Assembly: GCA_965277805.1 (NCBI GenBank)
Contig: OZ255842.1
Span: 4,544,001-4,608,000, forward strand
Reading direction: 5' to 3'
DNA from: Candidatus Lustribacter sp.
Lineage (GTDB): Bacteria > Vulcanimicrobiota > Vulcanimicrobiia > Vulcanimicrobiales > Vulcanimicrobiaceae
DNA length: 64,000 nt
The number at the start of each line of letters is the position of its first letter. Position 1 is the stretch's first letter. Under the pieces are notes generated by a model, which had not been told where the DNA came from, did no database searches, and saw nothing but the letters and a program-made list of their open reading frames with translations. The position numbers and the translations under genes are program-made. Shown here in pieces: positions 38,694 through 49,209 of the stretch.

Positions 38694-39773
38694 CTAGGAA
38701 GCGGGCGGATTGTCAGCGTTGGGCGCTGCGGGCGGGTTGACGGGGAGGGCGTTCACCGGCTGGTTCGGCGGCGTCCACATTTGCAGGTCGCGCTCGGGGC
38801 TGCTGCTGGCGGGGTTGGACGTCGTTGCCGCGGTCGCGGCCGGTACTGCCGGCGCCCCGCCGAACGGCGTCGCCGTGTAATCGTTCGCCAAGCGCCAGGC
38901 GCTGAAGCGCACGAGTTCGTGATAGGCGATGCGCGAGACGCCCTGGATGAACGAGTAGCCGGCATCGAGCGTCGAGAGGTTGGTCGCCATCACCGCGATC
39001 GCATACGGTTCGCTGTTGAGATAGACCACGCCGACGTCGTTGAGCGTGTCGTGAAGCTCGCCGGTCTTGTGAGCGATCGTCGTCCCCTTGGGCAGCGGCA
39101 CGGGGATCAGGCCGTTGTGGTGTTGTCCCGACATGATCGCGATCATCTCGCGCGACGACCATTCATCGACCAGTTGATAGCGTGCCATCGCGGTCATCAG
39201 CCTGACCATGTCGTTGGCGCTCGAGCGCAACGCGTAGCGGATCGGACCTTCCGAGCGAATGTAATCGTGCAGGCTGGTCTGGGTGAGGCCGAGATTCGCC
39301 ATCTCGTCGTTGATCGCACCGCGGTGGACCAAGCGAATGAGCATGTTGGTCGCGGTGTTGTCGCTGACCGTGATCATCAGCGTGAGCAGCCGTGACACGG
39401 TGTACTTCGAACCGACGCGGGCATCGCAGAGATCGCCCGAGCCCCAATCGCGATCGCTCGCTTGCAGCGTAACCTTGCGGTTGAGATCGAAATCGCCGTG
39501 TTCGAGGCGTTTGAACACCTCGACCATCACCGGAATCTTGATCGTCGAGGCCGCGGGCATCTGCGCGTTCGCGTTCACCGACGTGCTCAAGCCGGTGGTG
39601 AGATCCTCGACCATGATGCCGACGTTGCCGGGCGCGTGCATCGACATCGTGGAGAGTTCGGTCTGCAGCACGCCGAGCGGGCCCGGGGCAACAGCATCTG
39701 CCCGCGCCGCCAAAGCGCTAAAGAGAAGAGCTACGGCAACGAAAACTCGTCGCAGCGAGTGCATTGCAGTCAT
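38694..39773 (-). CDS. Class A beta-lactamase-like serine hydrolase, secreted
   Basis: Signal peptide, ASTIK (SxxK), SDN and HKTG, with a Pro/Ala/Asn-rich tail. Confidence 0.85.
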   Translation of the reverse strand: MTAMHSLRRVFVAVALLFSALAARADAVAPGPLGVLQTELSTMSMHAPGNVGIMVEDLTTGLSTSVNANAQMPAASTIKIPVMVEVFKRLEHGDFDLNRKVTLQASDRDWGSGDLCDARVGSKYTVSRLLTLMITVSDNTATNMLIRLVHRGAINDEMANLGLTQTSLHDYIRSEGPIRYALRSSANDMVRLMTAMARYQLVDEWSSREMIAIMSGQHHNGLIPVPLPKGTTIAHKTGELHDTLNDVGVVYLNSEPYAIAVMATNLSTLDAGYSFIQGVSRIAYHELVRFSAWRLANDYTATPFGGAPAVPAATAATTSNPASSSPERDLQMWTPPNQPVNALPVNPPAAPNADNPPAS

Positions 39774-39828
39774 TGTCCCTGTTATCGGCACGTCTCGTCA
39801 AGGCCGATACCTTGGCCATTTGGCGGAG

Positions 39829-40719
39829 TTAGCGGCCCCGCACTGCTTCGGCGACGTAAGGTATTCCGTCGGCTGCCGGCGCGCGAACGCGTCCGGCGAG
39901 GCCTGCGAGCGCAACGAGCGCGGCCAGATACGGCAGCGCCTGCATCAGTTCGCTGGGAATACCGGCGCGCTGCAGCGTGTACTGTAAGGCGGAGAAAAAT
40001 CCGAAGAACAGCGCCGCACCGGTTGCACCGAACGGTGTCCACCGCCCGAAGATCACCGCGGCCAGCGCGATGAAGCCGCGTCCGGCCGTCATGCCGTCGG
40101 AGTACAGATCGAGTTCGGCCAGCGAGAGAAACACGCCGCCGAGCGATGCGATCGCGCCCCCCGCGACGACCGACCAGAAGCGCGTGCGCAGCGGATCGAT
40201 GCCGGCAGCCGCGGCCGCGCGCGGGTTTTCACCGCAGGCCCGAACGCGCAGACCCCAGGGCGTGCGGTTGAGGAAGAGCGAGAGCGCCGCCGCCAGCACG
40301 AGCGCGAGGATCGTGAGCACGGTTTCGCCGGCTTGCCCGAACGCCGGCACTTCGTGCGACGCGCCCGGTTGGCCGAAGACCAGCACGAGCCCGAACGCCG
40401 CGGCGCCGAGTGTGACGATGTTGAGACCGGTACCGGCCACGATCTGATCGTAAGCGAGCTTCGTCGCGACGAATGCGAGCAACGCTGCGAGCAGCGCGCC
40501 CGCTAGGATGCCGGCGATCGCGCCGAGCCACGGGCTGCCCGTCGCACCAGAGACGCAGACGGCCGTGAACGCGCCGCCGATCATGATGCCTTCGAGCCCG
40601 ATGTTCACCACGCCCGAGCGTTCGGAGAGGACGCCGCCCAGAGCGGCAAAGATCAGCGGCGTCGCCTTGACGAGCGTCAGCCCGGCGATCGCGATCAGCG
40701 CGATGACGAACCCGTTCAT
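39829..40719 (-). CDS. Nucleoside/sugar ABC transporter permease
   Basis: LSERSGVVNIGLEG, GLRVRACGENP and GRGFIALAAVIFGRW. Confidence 0.92.
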   Translation of the reverse strand: MNGFVIALIAIAGLTLVKATPLIFAALGGVLSERSGVVNIGLEGIMIGGAFTAVCVSGATGSPWLGAIAGILAGALLAALLAFVATKLAYDQIVAGTGLNIVTLGAAAFGLVLVFGQPGASHEVPAFGQAGETVLTILALVLAAALSLFLNRTPWGLRVRACGENPRAAAAAGIDPLRTRFWSVVAGGAIASLGGVFLSLAELDLYSDGMTAGRGFIALAAVIFGRWTPFGATGAALFFGFFSALQYTLQRAGIPSELMQALPYLAALVALAGLAGRVRAPAADGIPYVAEAVRGR

Positions 40720-41738
40720 GTGGTGCGCCGCGACGCAATGTAGCGCCGTCCCGCAAGCGCGATGATCACCAAGCCCTCGATCACGTTGACGATGTCGCGC
40801 GGCACGTTGGCTTCGGCCTGCATCGAGAGCGCGCCGTTCTGCAAGATGCCGAACGCGAATGCAGCCACCACGATCCAGACCGGTTCGAGGTTGCCCACCA
40901 GCGCGACCGCGATCGCGACGAAGCCATAGCCCGGACTGAGCCCGGTGTTGAAGCGGTGCAGCACCCCGGTGACGAGCGTTGCGCCGCCGAGGCCGGCGAT
41001 CGCGCCGGAGTAGGTCATCGCTTGCAGCGCGATGCTGCGCAGATCGATGCCGGCGCGCCGGGCTGCTTCGGGCGCTTGGCCGGCCGCGCGGAGTTCGAAA
41101 CCGAACACCGTACGATTGAAGACGAAGCGCAGCGCGAAAACGAGCAGAAGCGCGACGATGACCGCGATCGTGAGCCGCGTGTCGGGAATGATCGTCGGCA
41201 GCCACGCGGACTTTGCGAGCAGCGGCGTCTCGCCTTCGTTGGCGGTCGCGAAGTGCAGCGGCCCGTTGACCGCGTACGTCGCGAGCAGCGCCGCGACGAC
41301 GTTGAGCATCAGCGTGGCGATGACTTCGTTCGCGCCGAAGCGTGATTTGAGGAAGCCCGCGATGCCGCCCCAGAAGCCGCCCGCGATCGCGCCGGCGAGC
41401 AGCGTCGCGGCGATCGATATCACCGGCGGCCCCGGGACGAAGACGCCGATGACTCCCGCCGCCAGGCCGCCCAGGACGAGCTGTCCCTCGGCGCCGATGT
41501 TGAACAGGCCGGCGCGGAACGCCAGCGCGACGCCGAGCGCCGGGAAGAGCAGCGCGGTGGCGGAGACGAGCGTCTCCGCGAACTCCGACGTGGTGCCGAA
41601 CGCGCCGTCGAAGAGCGCGTAGAAACCGTCGATCGGCGAGACGTGGGCGAGCAGCATCGCGATGCCGCCGGCGCCGAATACGACGATCAGTGCGATGCCC
41701 AAATCGCGCACGATGCGCAATCGCACGAACGCCGCCAT
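40716..41738 (-). CDS. Nucleoside/sugar ABC transporter permease
   Basis: FRAGLFNIGAEGQ, GANEVIATLMLN and GYGFVAIAVAL. Confidence 0.92.
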   Translation of the reverse strand: MAAFVRLRIVRDLGIALIVVFGAGGIAMLLAHVSPIDGFYALFDGAFGTTSEFAETLVSATALLFPALGVALAFRAGLFNIGAEGQLVLGGLAAGVIGVFVPGPPVISIAATLLAGAIAGGFWGGIAGFLKSRFGANEVIATLMLNVVAALLATYAVNGPLHFATANEGETPLLAKSAWLPTIIPDTRLTIAVIVALLLVFALRFVFNRTVFGFELRAAGQAPEAARRAGIDLRSIALQAMTYSGAIAGLGGATLVTGVLHRFNTGLSPGYGFVAIAVALVGNLEPVWIVVAAFAFGILQNGALSMQAEANVPRDIVNVIEGLVIIALAGRRYIASRRTT

Positions 41739-43195
41739 TAGTGGCCGCCCGCCATCAGCGCGCCGACGCGTCCGCGATCGACGTTCGCACGGTCGAATGC
41801 GCCGACAAACCGTCCGCCCGACATGACGAGCACGCGATCGGCCAGCGCGAAGATTTCATCGAGTTCGAACGAGATCAGCAGCACGGCGACGCCTGCGTTG
41901 CGCGCCTCGATCAAGCGCGACTGCACGAGGGTTGCGGCGCCGACGTCGATGCCGCGGGTGGGTTGATAGGCGACGAGCAGTTTCGGTTGCGCACCGAGCG
42001 CGCGTCCGACGACGATCTTCTGCTGGTTGCCGCCCGACAGCGCGTCCACAATAGCTTGCGGGTTGGGCGGCCGTACGTCGAAGCGTTCGATGACGTCCTT
42101 CGTTGCCGTCGCGATCGCGGCATCGTCGAGGATCGCACCGCGCCGGATCGGCGGGATTTGATGCCGGCCGAGCGCGACGTTCTCCGCGATCGACCAGCCG
42201 AGCACGAGCGCTTCGTTGCGGCGGTCTTGCGGGATCACCCGCACTCCCGCCGCCAGCCGCGCCGCCGGCGTCACCGCGGCGGTGAGCGGTACGCCGTCGA
42301 GTTCGATCGTGCCCGTATAGCTGATGACGCCGGCCAGTGCATCGGCCAGTGCCGATTGCCCGTTGCCCTCAACGCCGGCTACGCCGACGATCTCGCCCGC
42401 GCGCACCTCGAACGTGCCGTCGACGAGTCCGCCGGCGCCGCTTCCGGCCGACAGCCCGCGTACCGAGAGCCGCGTGGCGGGCGTCGTGGCCGCGCGCTCT
42501 GCCAGCGGCGGCAGTTCGCCGCCGACCATCGCTTGGGCGATCTCATTCGTCGACGTCGCGTTCGTGTCGTAGCGGGCAACCACGCGCCCGGCGCGCATCA
42601 CGGTCACGCGCGTGCTATAGTCGATGACCTCTTGCAGTTTATGCGTGACGATCAGCACCGCCGTACCGGCCTTCGCGAGCGCGGTGATCGTGCGGAAGAA
42701 CGACGCGATCTCGGTCGGGGCGAGCGCCGCGGTCGGTTCGTCGAGCAGCAGCACGCTCGGGCCGCGCTCGAGTTCGCGCAACAACTCGACGCGTTGCTGC
42801 ACGCCGATCGGCAGCGTTTCGACGATCGCATCGGGATCGACGTCCAGGCCGTGTTCGTTCGCAAGCGCGCGCACGCGCTCGCGCGCGGCGACGCGATCGA
42901 TCCGCCAGCCGCGCTTGGGTTCGCGTCCCAGCAACACGTTTTCCCACACGTTCAACCGGTCGACGAGCTGGAAATGCTGGTGCACGAGGCCCACGACGGC
43001 GTTCGTTTCGACCGTGCCCTCATCGGGCATCACGGCGCCGAACGCGATCGCCGCGAGGGTCGATTTGCCGGCGCCGTTTTCACCGACCAGCGCGTGAATT
43101 TCGCCGGCGCACAAGTCGAGATCGACGCCGTCCACGGCTTGCACGGTACCGAAGCGTTTGCGAATCCCGCGCAGGGAGAGAACGGGCTCGCTCAC
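41738..43195 (-). CDS. Nucleoside/sugar ABC transporter ATP-binding protein (tandem NBD)
   Basis: GENGAGKST, LLDEPT, LSGGNQQK and QPTRGIDVGA. Confidence 0.95.
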   Translation of the reverse strand: MSEPVLSLRGIRKRFGTVQAVDGVDLDLCAGEIHALVGENGAGKSTLAAIAFGAVMPDEGTVETNAVVGLVHQHFQLVDRLNVWENVLLGREPKRGWRIDRVAARERVRALANEHGLDVDPDAIVETLPIGVQQRVELLRELERGPSVLLLDEPTAALAPTEIASFFRTITALAKAGTAVLIVTHKLQEVIDYSTRVTVMRAGRVVARYDTNATSTNEIAQAMVGGELPPLAERAATTPATRLSVRGLSAGSGAGGLVDGTFEVRAGEIVGVAGVEGNGQSALADALAGVISYTGTIELDGVPLTAAVTPAARLAAGVRVIPQDRRNEALVLGWSIAENVALGRHQIPPIRRGAILDDAAIATATKDVIERFDVRPPNPQAIVDALSGGNQQKIVVGRALGAQPKLLVAYQPTRGIDVGAATLVQSRLIEARNAGVAVLLISFELDEIFALADRVLVMSGGRFVGAFDRANVDRGRVGALMAGGH

Positions 43196-44220
43196 AGCTT
43201 CACCGGCTTGAACGCCGCGAGTTCTTCGCGCGTTGTCGGCGGAACGATCTTGCCCGCGATGATCGCGCTGCGCAGCACGTCGAGCTCGTGAAATTGGGCC
43301 GGGGTCAGCGCGCTGCGCGTGTACTTGAAATCGGTCAACCCGATCGCGCCGTCTTTGAGTCCGAGTTCGATGTGGCCGTGCGGCACTTTGCCGGTTGCGG
43401 CGATCTTCGAGGTGAGCAGCACGCCGATGTCGACGCGCTTGACCATGCTGGTGAGAATTTTCCCCGGCACGAGCGCGTCTTGGTTGACGTCGACGCCGAT
43501 CGCATACGCGCCGGGATGATCCTTGATTTGCTCGATCGCGCCGAGTCCGGCTTTCCCGGCCGCAATGTAGATCACGTCGGCGTTCTGCGAGAGCAGCACG
43601 CCGCCGATCTCCTTGCCGGCCGCCGGGTCGTCGAACGAGCCGACGTACTTCACCAGAACGTTGATGCTCGGGTCGATCTGATGCGCGCCGGCGGTGAAGC
43701 CGGCCTCGAACTTGCGCAAGAGCGGGATGTCGATACCGCCGATGAACGCGATCGTCTTCGTCTTGGTCGCGAACGCCGCGGCCACGCCGGCGAGAAACGA
43801 GCCTTGCTCTTCGCGAAAGGTGATCGACGCGACGTTCGGTTCGTCGACGATTGCGTCGATGATCGCGAAGTTGCGCGTGGGAAAGCGGCTGGCCACCTCG
43901 TCGACGTCGCGCGCCATCAGGAAGCCGACGGCGAAGATCTCATCGTACTCCTTGTTCGCGAGCACCGTCAGGTTGGGCTGATAGTCGGCAGCCGAGCGCG
44001 ACTGCAGCACCGCGATGTCGGCGTGCAACTGCGCCTTCGCGTCGAGCAGCCCGCGATACGCGCCGTCGTTGAAGGACTGGTCGCCGAGGCCGCCGGTGTC
44101 GGTGACCATCGCGAGCCGGACGTTTCCGCCTTGGGCAATGCCCTTGGGGTGGCTGCATCCGGCGGCGACGGCGCCCAAAAGCGCCGTGCTGCCGAGGACA
44201 AACGCGCGGCGCCGAATCAC
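43192..44220 (-). CDS. BMP family nucleoside-binding lipoprotein
   Basis: RRR.F Tat-like leader with lipobox AAGC, GGLGDQSFN, AIGVDVNQ and LTSMVKRVD. Confidence 0.92.
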   Translation of the reverse strand: MIRRRAFVLGSTALLGAVAAGCSHPKGIAQGGNVRLAMVTDTGGLGDQSFNDGAYRGLLDAKAQLHADIAVLQSRSAADYQPNLTVLANKEYDEIFAVGFLMARDVDEVASRFPTRNFAIIDAIVDEPNVASITFREEQGSFLAGVAAAFATKTKTIAFIGGIDIPLLRKFEAGFTAGAHQIDPSINVLVKYVGSFDDPAAGKEIGGVLLSQNADVIYIAAGKAGLGAIEQIKDHPGAYAIGVDVNQDALVPGKILTSMVKRVDIGVLLTSKIAATGKVPHGHIELGLKDGAIGLTDFKYTRSALTPAQFHELDVLRSAIIAGKIVPPTTREELAAFKPVKL

Positions 44221-44280
44221 CTTGGCCCTCTACGCGCTTCGTGCGGGTTGGCCTTTCGCCATTCGCGAAGCGCGAACGGG

Positions 44281-44730
44281 ATGAATGCACCGGATTTAGC
44301 GCGCGGCTTTCCGCCCCGCTGGAGCGACGCGGTCGACGGGATCGTGTGGCTGCCGCGGTTGGCCGCGAAGGTGCGCGCCCACGCCGCCGGGACGTTGGGG
44401 TCGTACTTGCTGGGCCAGAGTCCGGTCGACGACGAGTTCCTCAAGACCGCGCAGCTCAGCTACGCGCAACTGATCGCGATCGTGCGCGCGTCCGCCGACG
44501 ATGCCGCGGTGCTGGCCGCAATCGCGGCCGCGTCGCCCGGTGCGGTCGAGCGGCTGCGTCTGTGGTCGCTCGAGATGCCCGTCCGCCGCCGCACGATGAT
44601 GAAGCTGCTCGATCTCGACGACGGTTACGACCGGCCGGCGTGGATGACCGTTCCGGTTGCCGCGCTCAACGCGGCGTTCCTCAGGCCGCTGATCGGGTTC
44701 GCACGCATCGTGCGTCCGCTAAAAGCATGA
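44281..44730 (+). CDS. DUF5069-like protein
   Basis: PDL...PP.W...DGIVWLPRLAAKVRA..AGTLG.Y and LLDLDD resemble DUF5069. Confidence 0.65.
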   Translation: MNAPDLARGFPPRWSDAVDGIVWLPRLAAKVRAHAAGTLGSYLLGQSPVDDEFLKTAQLSYAQLIAIVRASADDAAVLAAIAAASPGAVERLRLWSLEMPVRRRTMMKLLDLDDGYDRPAWMTVPVAALNAAFLRPLIGFARIVRPLKA

Positions 44731-45893
44731 TCGATCCGGAAGCCGTCAAGAAACTGCGCCGCCGGTTGCCCTCGCGCGGCGAACGCCGCGTCACCTACGG
44801 GCTGAAGGTGCTGGCGCTGATCGCCGTGGCGATCTACCTGCTCGTCGGCGTGCTGAATTTCTTCGCCGCCATTCGCAGCACCGGATTGCTCGCGGTCGGT
44901 GCGTTGTTCCTCGCGTATCTAATCTACCCGCTCGTGCGCCGGCTCAACGTGCACTTGCCGGTGATCTGGTCGATCGTCGTCGTCTACGCGTTCATTGGGC
45001 TAGTGGGCGCGTTCGCGGTCACGCTCGTCGCACCGCAGATCGGCCGCGACATCAACAGCTTCGGTCATGCGTTGCCCGGCCTGATGACGCAGTTCCAGAC
45101 GGAGCTGGTCACCCCGCGGAGTTCGTTCATCGCGCGCATACCGCTCGACGACCGGCTCTATCTCGCGAACTTGCCCTCGCAGTTCGACACGCTCGCGAAA
45201 CAATACGGCCTCGACACGCTGCAAAAAGGTTTGCCGGTGCTGCTCTCGGCCGCATCCCTCGGCGCCGCAGTCGTCATCATCCCGATCCTCGCGGCCTACA
45301 TGCTGCTCGATGCGAGCAACGTGCGGCGTCAGCTTCTGGGACTCTTCCCGGCCCGGCGGCGCGCCAAAGTTCACCACATCATCGACGAACTCGACGGCGT
45401 GATCGGCGGCTTCATCCGCGGACAGCTGATCGACGGCGCGATCGTCGGCGTGATGATCTTCGTGATGCTGATGGCCACGCACGTTCCGTACGCGCTGCTG
45501 ATCGGCATCGCGGCCGGCATCTTGAACTTCATCCCCTACGCGGGTGCCGTGATCGGCTTTGTGCCCTCGGTGATCCTGGCGCTGGCTTACAACGGTCCCG
45601 GCAACGCGCTGCTCGTCGCGCTGCTCTTCGCCGTGATCCAGCAGATCGACGGAAATTTCGTCGCGCCGCGAGTGCTCAAGGAGAACGTCGGTCTCTCGCC
45701 GCTCTACATCATTCTCTCGATCCTGATCGGCAGCGAACTCTTCGGCCTGGCCGGAACGTTCTTGGCCGTTCCGGTCGCCGCGATGGTGCGCGTGCTGCGC
45801 GAGCAGCTCTTGCCGCAACCGGCGCCGAGCACCGAAGACCCTCCCGAACTCACCAAAAGCCCACGCACTCGCGCGCCCGTCAAAGCACCGTAA
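44727..45893 (+). CDS. AI-2E family transporter
   Basis: LAYLIYPLV, IGGFIRGQL, NFIPYAG, QQIDGNFVAPRV and FLAVPVAA. ATGA overlap with the upstream gene. Confidence 0.92.
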   Translation: MIDPEAVKKLRRRLPSRGERRVTYGLKVLALIAVAIYLLVGVLNFFAAIRSTGLLAVGALFLAYLIYPLVRRLNVHLPVIWSIVVVYAFIGLVGAFAVTLVAPQIGRDINSFGHALPGLMTQFQTELVTPRSSFIARIPLDDRLYLANLPSQFDTLAKQYGLDTLQKGLPVLLSAASLGAAVVIIPILAAYMLLDASNVRRQLLGLFPARRRAKVHHIIDELDGVIGGFIRGQLIDGAIVGVMIFVMLMATHVPYALLIGIAAGILNFIPYAGAVIGFVPSVILALAYNGPGNALLVALLFAVIQQIDGNFVAPRVLKENVGLSPLYIILSILIGSELFGLAGTFLAVPVAAMVRVLREQLLPQPAPSTEDPPELTKSPRTRAPVKAP

Positions 45894-45903
45894 GGAGATC
45901 GCC

Positions 45904-47372
45904 GTGGAAACGCTCGACCGTTCCGTCACCCCCGCCACCGGCAAGCGCACCGACCTGCGCGAGTTCCTCGAACAAGTCGACGCGGCCGGACAGTTACTGC
46001 GGATCGACGGCGTCGACTGGGATTTGGAGATGGGCGGCGTCGCGGAGATCGTGAGCCACACGCGTTCGGAATCGCCCGCCGTGCTCTTCGACAACATCCC
46101 GGGCTACCCGGCGGGCTTTCGCGTGCTCTCGGCCGGCACGAACTCATCCAAACGCTTCGCGCTCGCGATGAACCTGCCCGAACCGAAAACGCCGATGGAA
46201 CTCGTGCGCGCCTATCGCACCGCATGAAGACGCACGCGCCGATCCCGCACCGCGTGGTTGAGAGCGGATCCGTGCTCGAAAACGTCGACCGTGAAGAGGC
46301 GGTTGATCTCTACAAGTTCCCCGTGCCGCGCGTTCACGAAGAAGACGGCGGGCGCTACATCGGCACGCACGATCTCGTCATCATGCGGGACCCCGACAGC
46401 GACTGGGTGAACGCCGGCACGTATCGCGTGCAAGTGCACGACAAGGACACGGTCGGCATCTACATTTCGCCGGGCAAACACGGCCGGCAGATTCGCGACA
46501 AGTACTTCGAGCGCGGCCTGCCGTGTCCGGTGCTGATCAGCTGCGGCCAGCATCCGGTCCTAACGCTGGCCGGCAACCACGATGTGAATTACGGCGTAAC
46601 GGAGTTCGATTACGCCGGCGGTCATCTCGGCGCGCCCGTGCAAGTCATCAACAGCGAGCTGTACGGCTTGCCGATGCCGGCCGATGCGGAGATCGTGCTC
46701 GAAGGCGAGATGTACGCCGACAAAAAGGCGATCGAGGGTCCGTTCGGCGAGTTCACCGGTTATTACGCGAACCCGCAAGCGGAGCAGCCGATCGTGAAGA
46801 TCCGCCGCGTGTACTATCGCAATAACCCGATCATCACGATGGCCGTGCCGATGCGTCCGCCGACCGACATTTCGTACGGCAAGTGCATCATCAAGTCGGC
46901 GATGATCTGGGACGAAGTGGAGAAGGCCGGCCTTGCGGGAGTGAAGGGCGTTTGGTGCCACGAAGCCGGCATCGGCCGCCTATTCAACGTCATCTCGATC
47001 AAACAGGCGTACGCGGGTCATGCAAAGCAGGCCGCAATGCTCGCCGCCAACGTGAAGTCGGGCAACTATCTCGGCCGCTTCGTCGTGGTGGTTGACGATG
47101 ACGTCGACCCGACCGACATGTTCGACGTGCTGTGGGTGATGTGCACGCGCTGCGATCCGGTCGCCGACATCGATTTCATGCGCAACGCGTGGAGTTCGCC
47201 GCTCGATCCGATGCTGGAAAAGGGCGCGAAGCAGTTCGCCAACTCACGCGCGATCATCGATGCGTGCCGTCCGTTCGACCGCCTAAAGACGTTTCCGAAG
47301 GTGGCGCGGGCGACGCCCGAACTGCTCGACCGCGTACGCGAAAAGTTCGGCGCGCTGCTCGACGGTATCTAG
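45904..47372 (+). pseudogene. UbiD family (prFMN) decarboxylase split by a frameshift at ~46219 (ORFs 45904-46227 and 46224-47372)
   Basis: The N-part has DLREFL, VDWDLE and PAVLFDNIPGY. The C-part has DGGRYIGT, NAGTYR and EGPFGEFTGYY. Adding one base restores a continuous frame. Confidence 0.8.
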
Positions 47373-48338
47373 ATGAAGCGCGCCCCGTTTATCGCCGGCC
47401 TTACCGCGACGCTGGCCGCGCCGGCGTTCGGCCAGTCGCTGACGAACCTCAACGTCGGAACGGCGGTCGATTCGCCCACGCAGCTTCCGCTGTACTTGGG
47501 GCTGACGCACACGTTCAAGGACCAAGGCCTGAACGTGAGCGCGCTGGGCTTTCGCGGCGATACGGAAGTGGCGCAGGCGCTGGCCGGGAACTCGATCGAC
47601 ATCGCGCTCGCGTCATCGAGCGGTTTGCTGAACCTCGTCACGGCGAACCAAGGCGTGATCGGTTTCTACGGCGGCTTCAACCAGGCCGACTTCTCGTGGC
47701 TCGCGCAGCCGGCGATCAAATCGTGGCGCGACATGAAGGGCAAGACGCTCGGCGTCGCCACGTTAGGCTCGCTGACCGATCTGATCACGCGCTACGTCTT
47801 GGGGCGCAATCATCTCGTGCCCGACAAGGACGTGCAGATCATCCAGGCCGGCGGAAGTCCGAGCGCGTTTCAGGCAATGAAAGCCGGCCGGCTGGACGCG
47901 GCGATCTTGACGGCGCCGTTCAAATGGGAGGCGCAAGACACAGGCTTCACGCTGCTCGGCACGCAGGCCGCCGACGTTTCGCCGAATTGGCCCAAGCACT
48001 TCTACATGGCGAAGTCCGCGCTGATCGCGGAAAAGCCGCAGATCATCACCGCGTTGTTGCGCGGGCACGTTGCGGCGATCCGGCTCGCGCGTGCAAACAA
48101 AGCGCTGGCAGTGCAAACGCTGGTCGACCGGCTGAAGTTCGATTCGAAGTATGCAGCGCGCGCGTACGACGAAGCGATGCCCGACTTCGATGAGCGCGGC
48201 CGCATTCCGGAAAAATCGATGCCGGTCTTTTGGCAGCTGTCGATCGCGCAGGGCATCGTGAAGGCGCCGCTGCCCGAGAAAGATCTCGTCGACAAGCATT
48301 TCATCGACACGTTCAACGGTTGGGCGCCGCGCGCATAA
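47373..48338 (+). CDS. NMT1/SsuA-like ABC substrate-binding protein
   Basis: Signal MKRAPFIAG, FKDQGLNV, MKGKTLGV..LGS and GRLDAA. Confidence 0.85.
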   Translation: MKRAPFIAGLTATLAAPAFGQSLTNLNVGTAVDSPTQLPLYLGLTHTFKDQGLNVSALGFRGDTEVAQALAGNSIDIALASSSGLLNLVTANQGVIGFYGGFNQADFSWLAQPAIKSWRDMKGKTLGVATLGSLTDLITRYVLGRNHLVPDKDVQIIQAGGSPSAFQAMKAGRLDAAILTAPFKWEAQDTGFTLLGTQAADVSPNWPKHFYMAKSALIAEKPQIITALLRGHVAAIRLARANKALAVQTLVDRLKFDSKYAARAYDEAMPDFDERGRIPEKSMPVFWQLSIAQGIVKAPLPEKDLVDKHFIDTFNGWAPRA

Positions 48339-48339
48339 C

Positions 48340-49209
48340 GTGAGCACGAAACGGGTCGACGTGATCGGCGTGCCGATGGACTTAGGTGCCGGCCGCCGGG
48401 GCGTCGATATGGGCCCCTCGGCGGTCCGCTACGCCGGACTCAACGCCGCGATCGAGCGGCTCGGCATCACCACCGTGGATCGCGGCAACGTTCCCGTTCG
48501 CGTCGCGGAATCGGCGTCGCCGGAGGAGGCGAACGCGAAGTATCTCCCGATCATCAACGAGGCGTGCGCGCTGTTGGCCGAGCTGGTCGATGAGGTCGTG
48601 GCCGCGGGTCACTTTCCGCTCGTGCTCGGGGGCGACCACTCGATTGCGATGGGAACGCTTGCCGGCGTGACGCGGGCGCGCGGCCGAGCGCCGGGCGTGA
48701 TTTGGGTCGACGCGCACGGCGATATCAACACGCCCATCAGTTCGCCCTCGGGCAACGTCCACGGCATGCCGGTGCATTTCGCCATCGAAGCAGCATCGAT
48801 CGCCGCCGAGCGGATCGTGTTCATCGGCCTGCGCGACGTTGATGACGGCGAGAAGCGAGCGATCCGCGAGCTCGGCGTCAAGGCGTTCACGATGTCGGAC
48901 ATCGACCGGCTCGGCATGGCCGCGGTCATCGCGGAAGCGCTGGCCATCGCTTGCGACGGTCCGGGCTCGCTGCACGTGAGCTTCGACATGGACGGCATCG
49001 ACCCGACCGAGGCGCCCGGCGTCGGCACGCCCGTGCGCGGTGGCCTCTCGTATCGCGAAGCGCACCTGTTGATGGAAGCCGTCGCCGCTTCGGGCGCGCT
49101 CGGCTCGCTCGAGATCACGGAGATCAATCCCATCCTCGACAATCAGAACCAGACCGCGATCCTTGCCGTAGAATTAGTCCTCAGCGCGCTCGGGAAGACC
49201 ACGTTATGA
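48340..49209 (+). CDS. rocF: Arginase
   Basis: GRRGVDMGP, GGDHS, DAHGD, SGNVHGMP, SFDMDGIDP and EINP. Confidence 0.95.
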   Translation: MSTKRVDVIGVPMDLGAGRRGVDMGPSAVRYAGLNAAIERLGITTVDRGNVPVRVAESASPEEANAKYLPIINEACALLAELVDEVVAAGHFPLVLGGDHSIAMGTLAGVTRARGRAPGVIWVDAHGDINTPISSPSGNVHGMPVHFAIEAASIAAERIVFIGLRDVDDGEKRAIRELGVKAFTMSDIDRLGMAAVIAEALAIACDGPGSLHVSFDMDGIDPTEAPGVGTPVRGGLSYREAHLLMEAVAASGALGSLEITEINPILDNQNQTAILAVELVLSALGKTTL

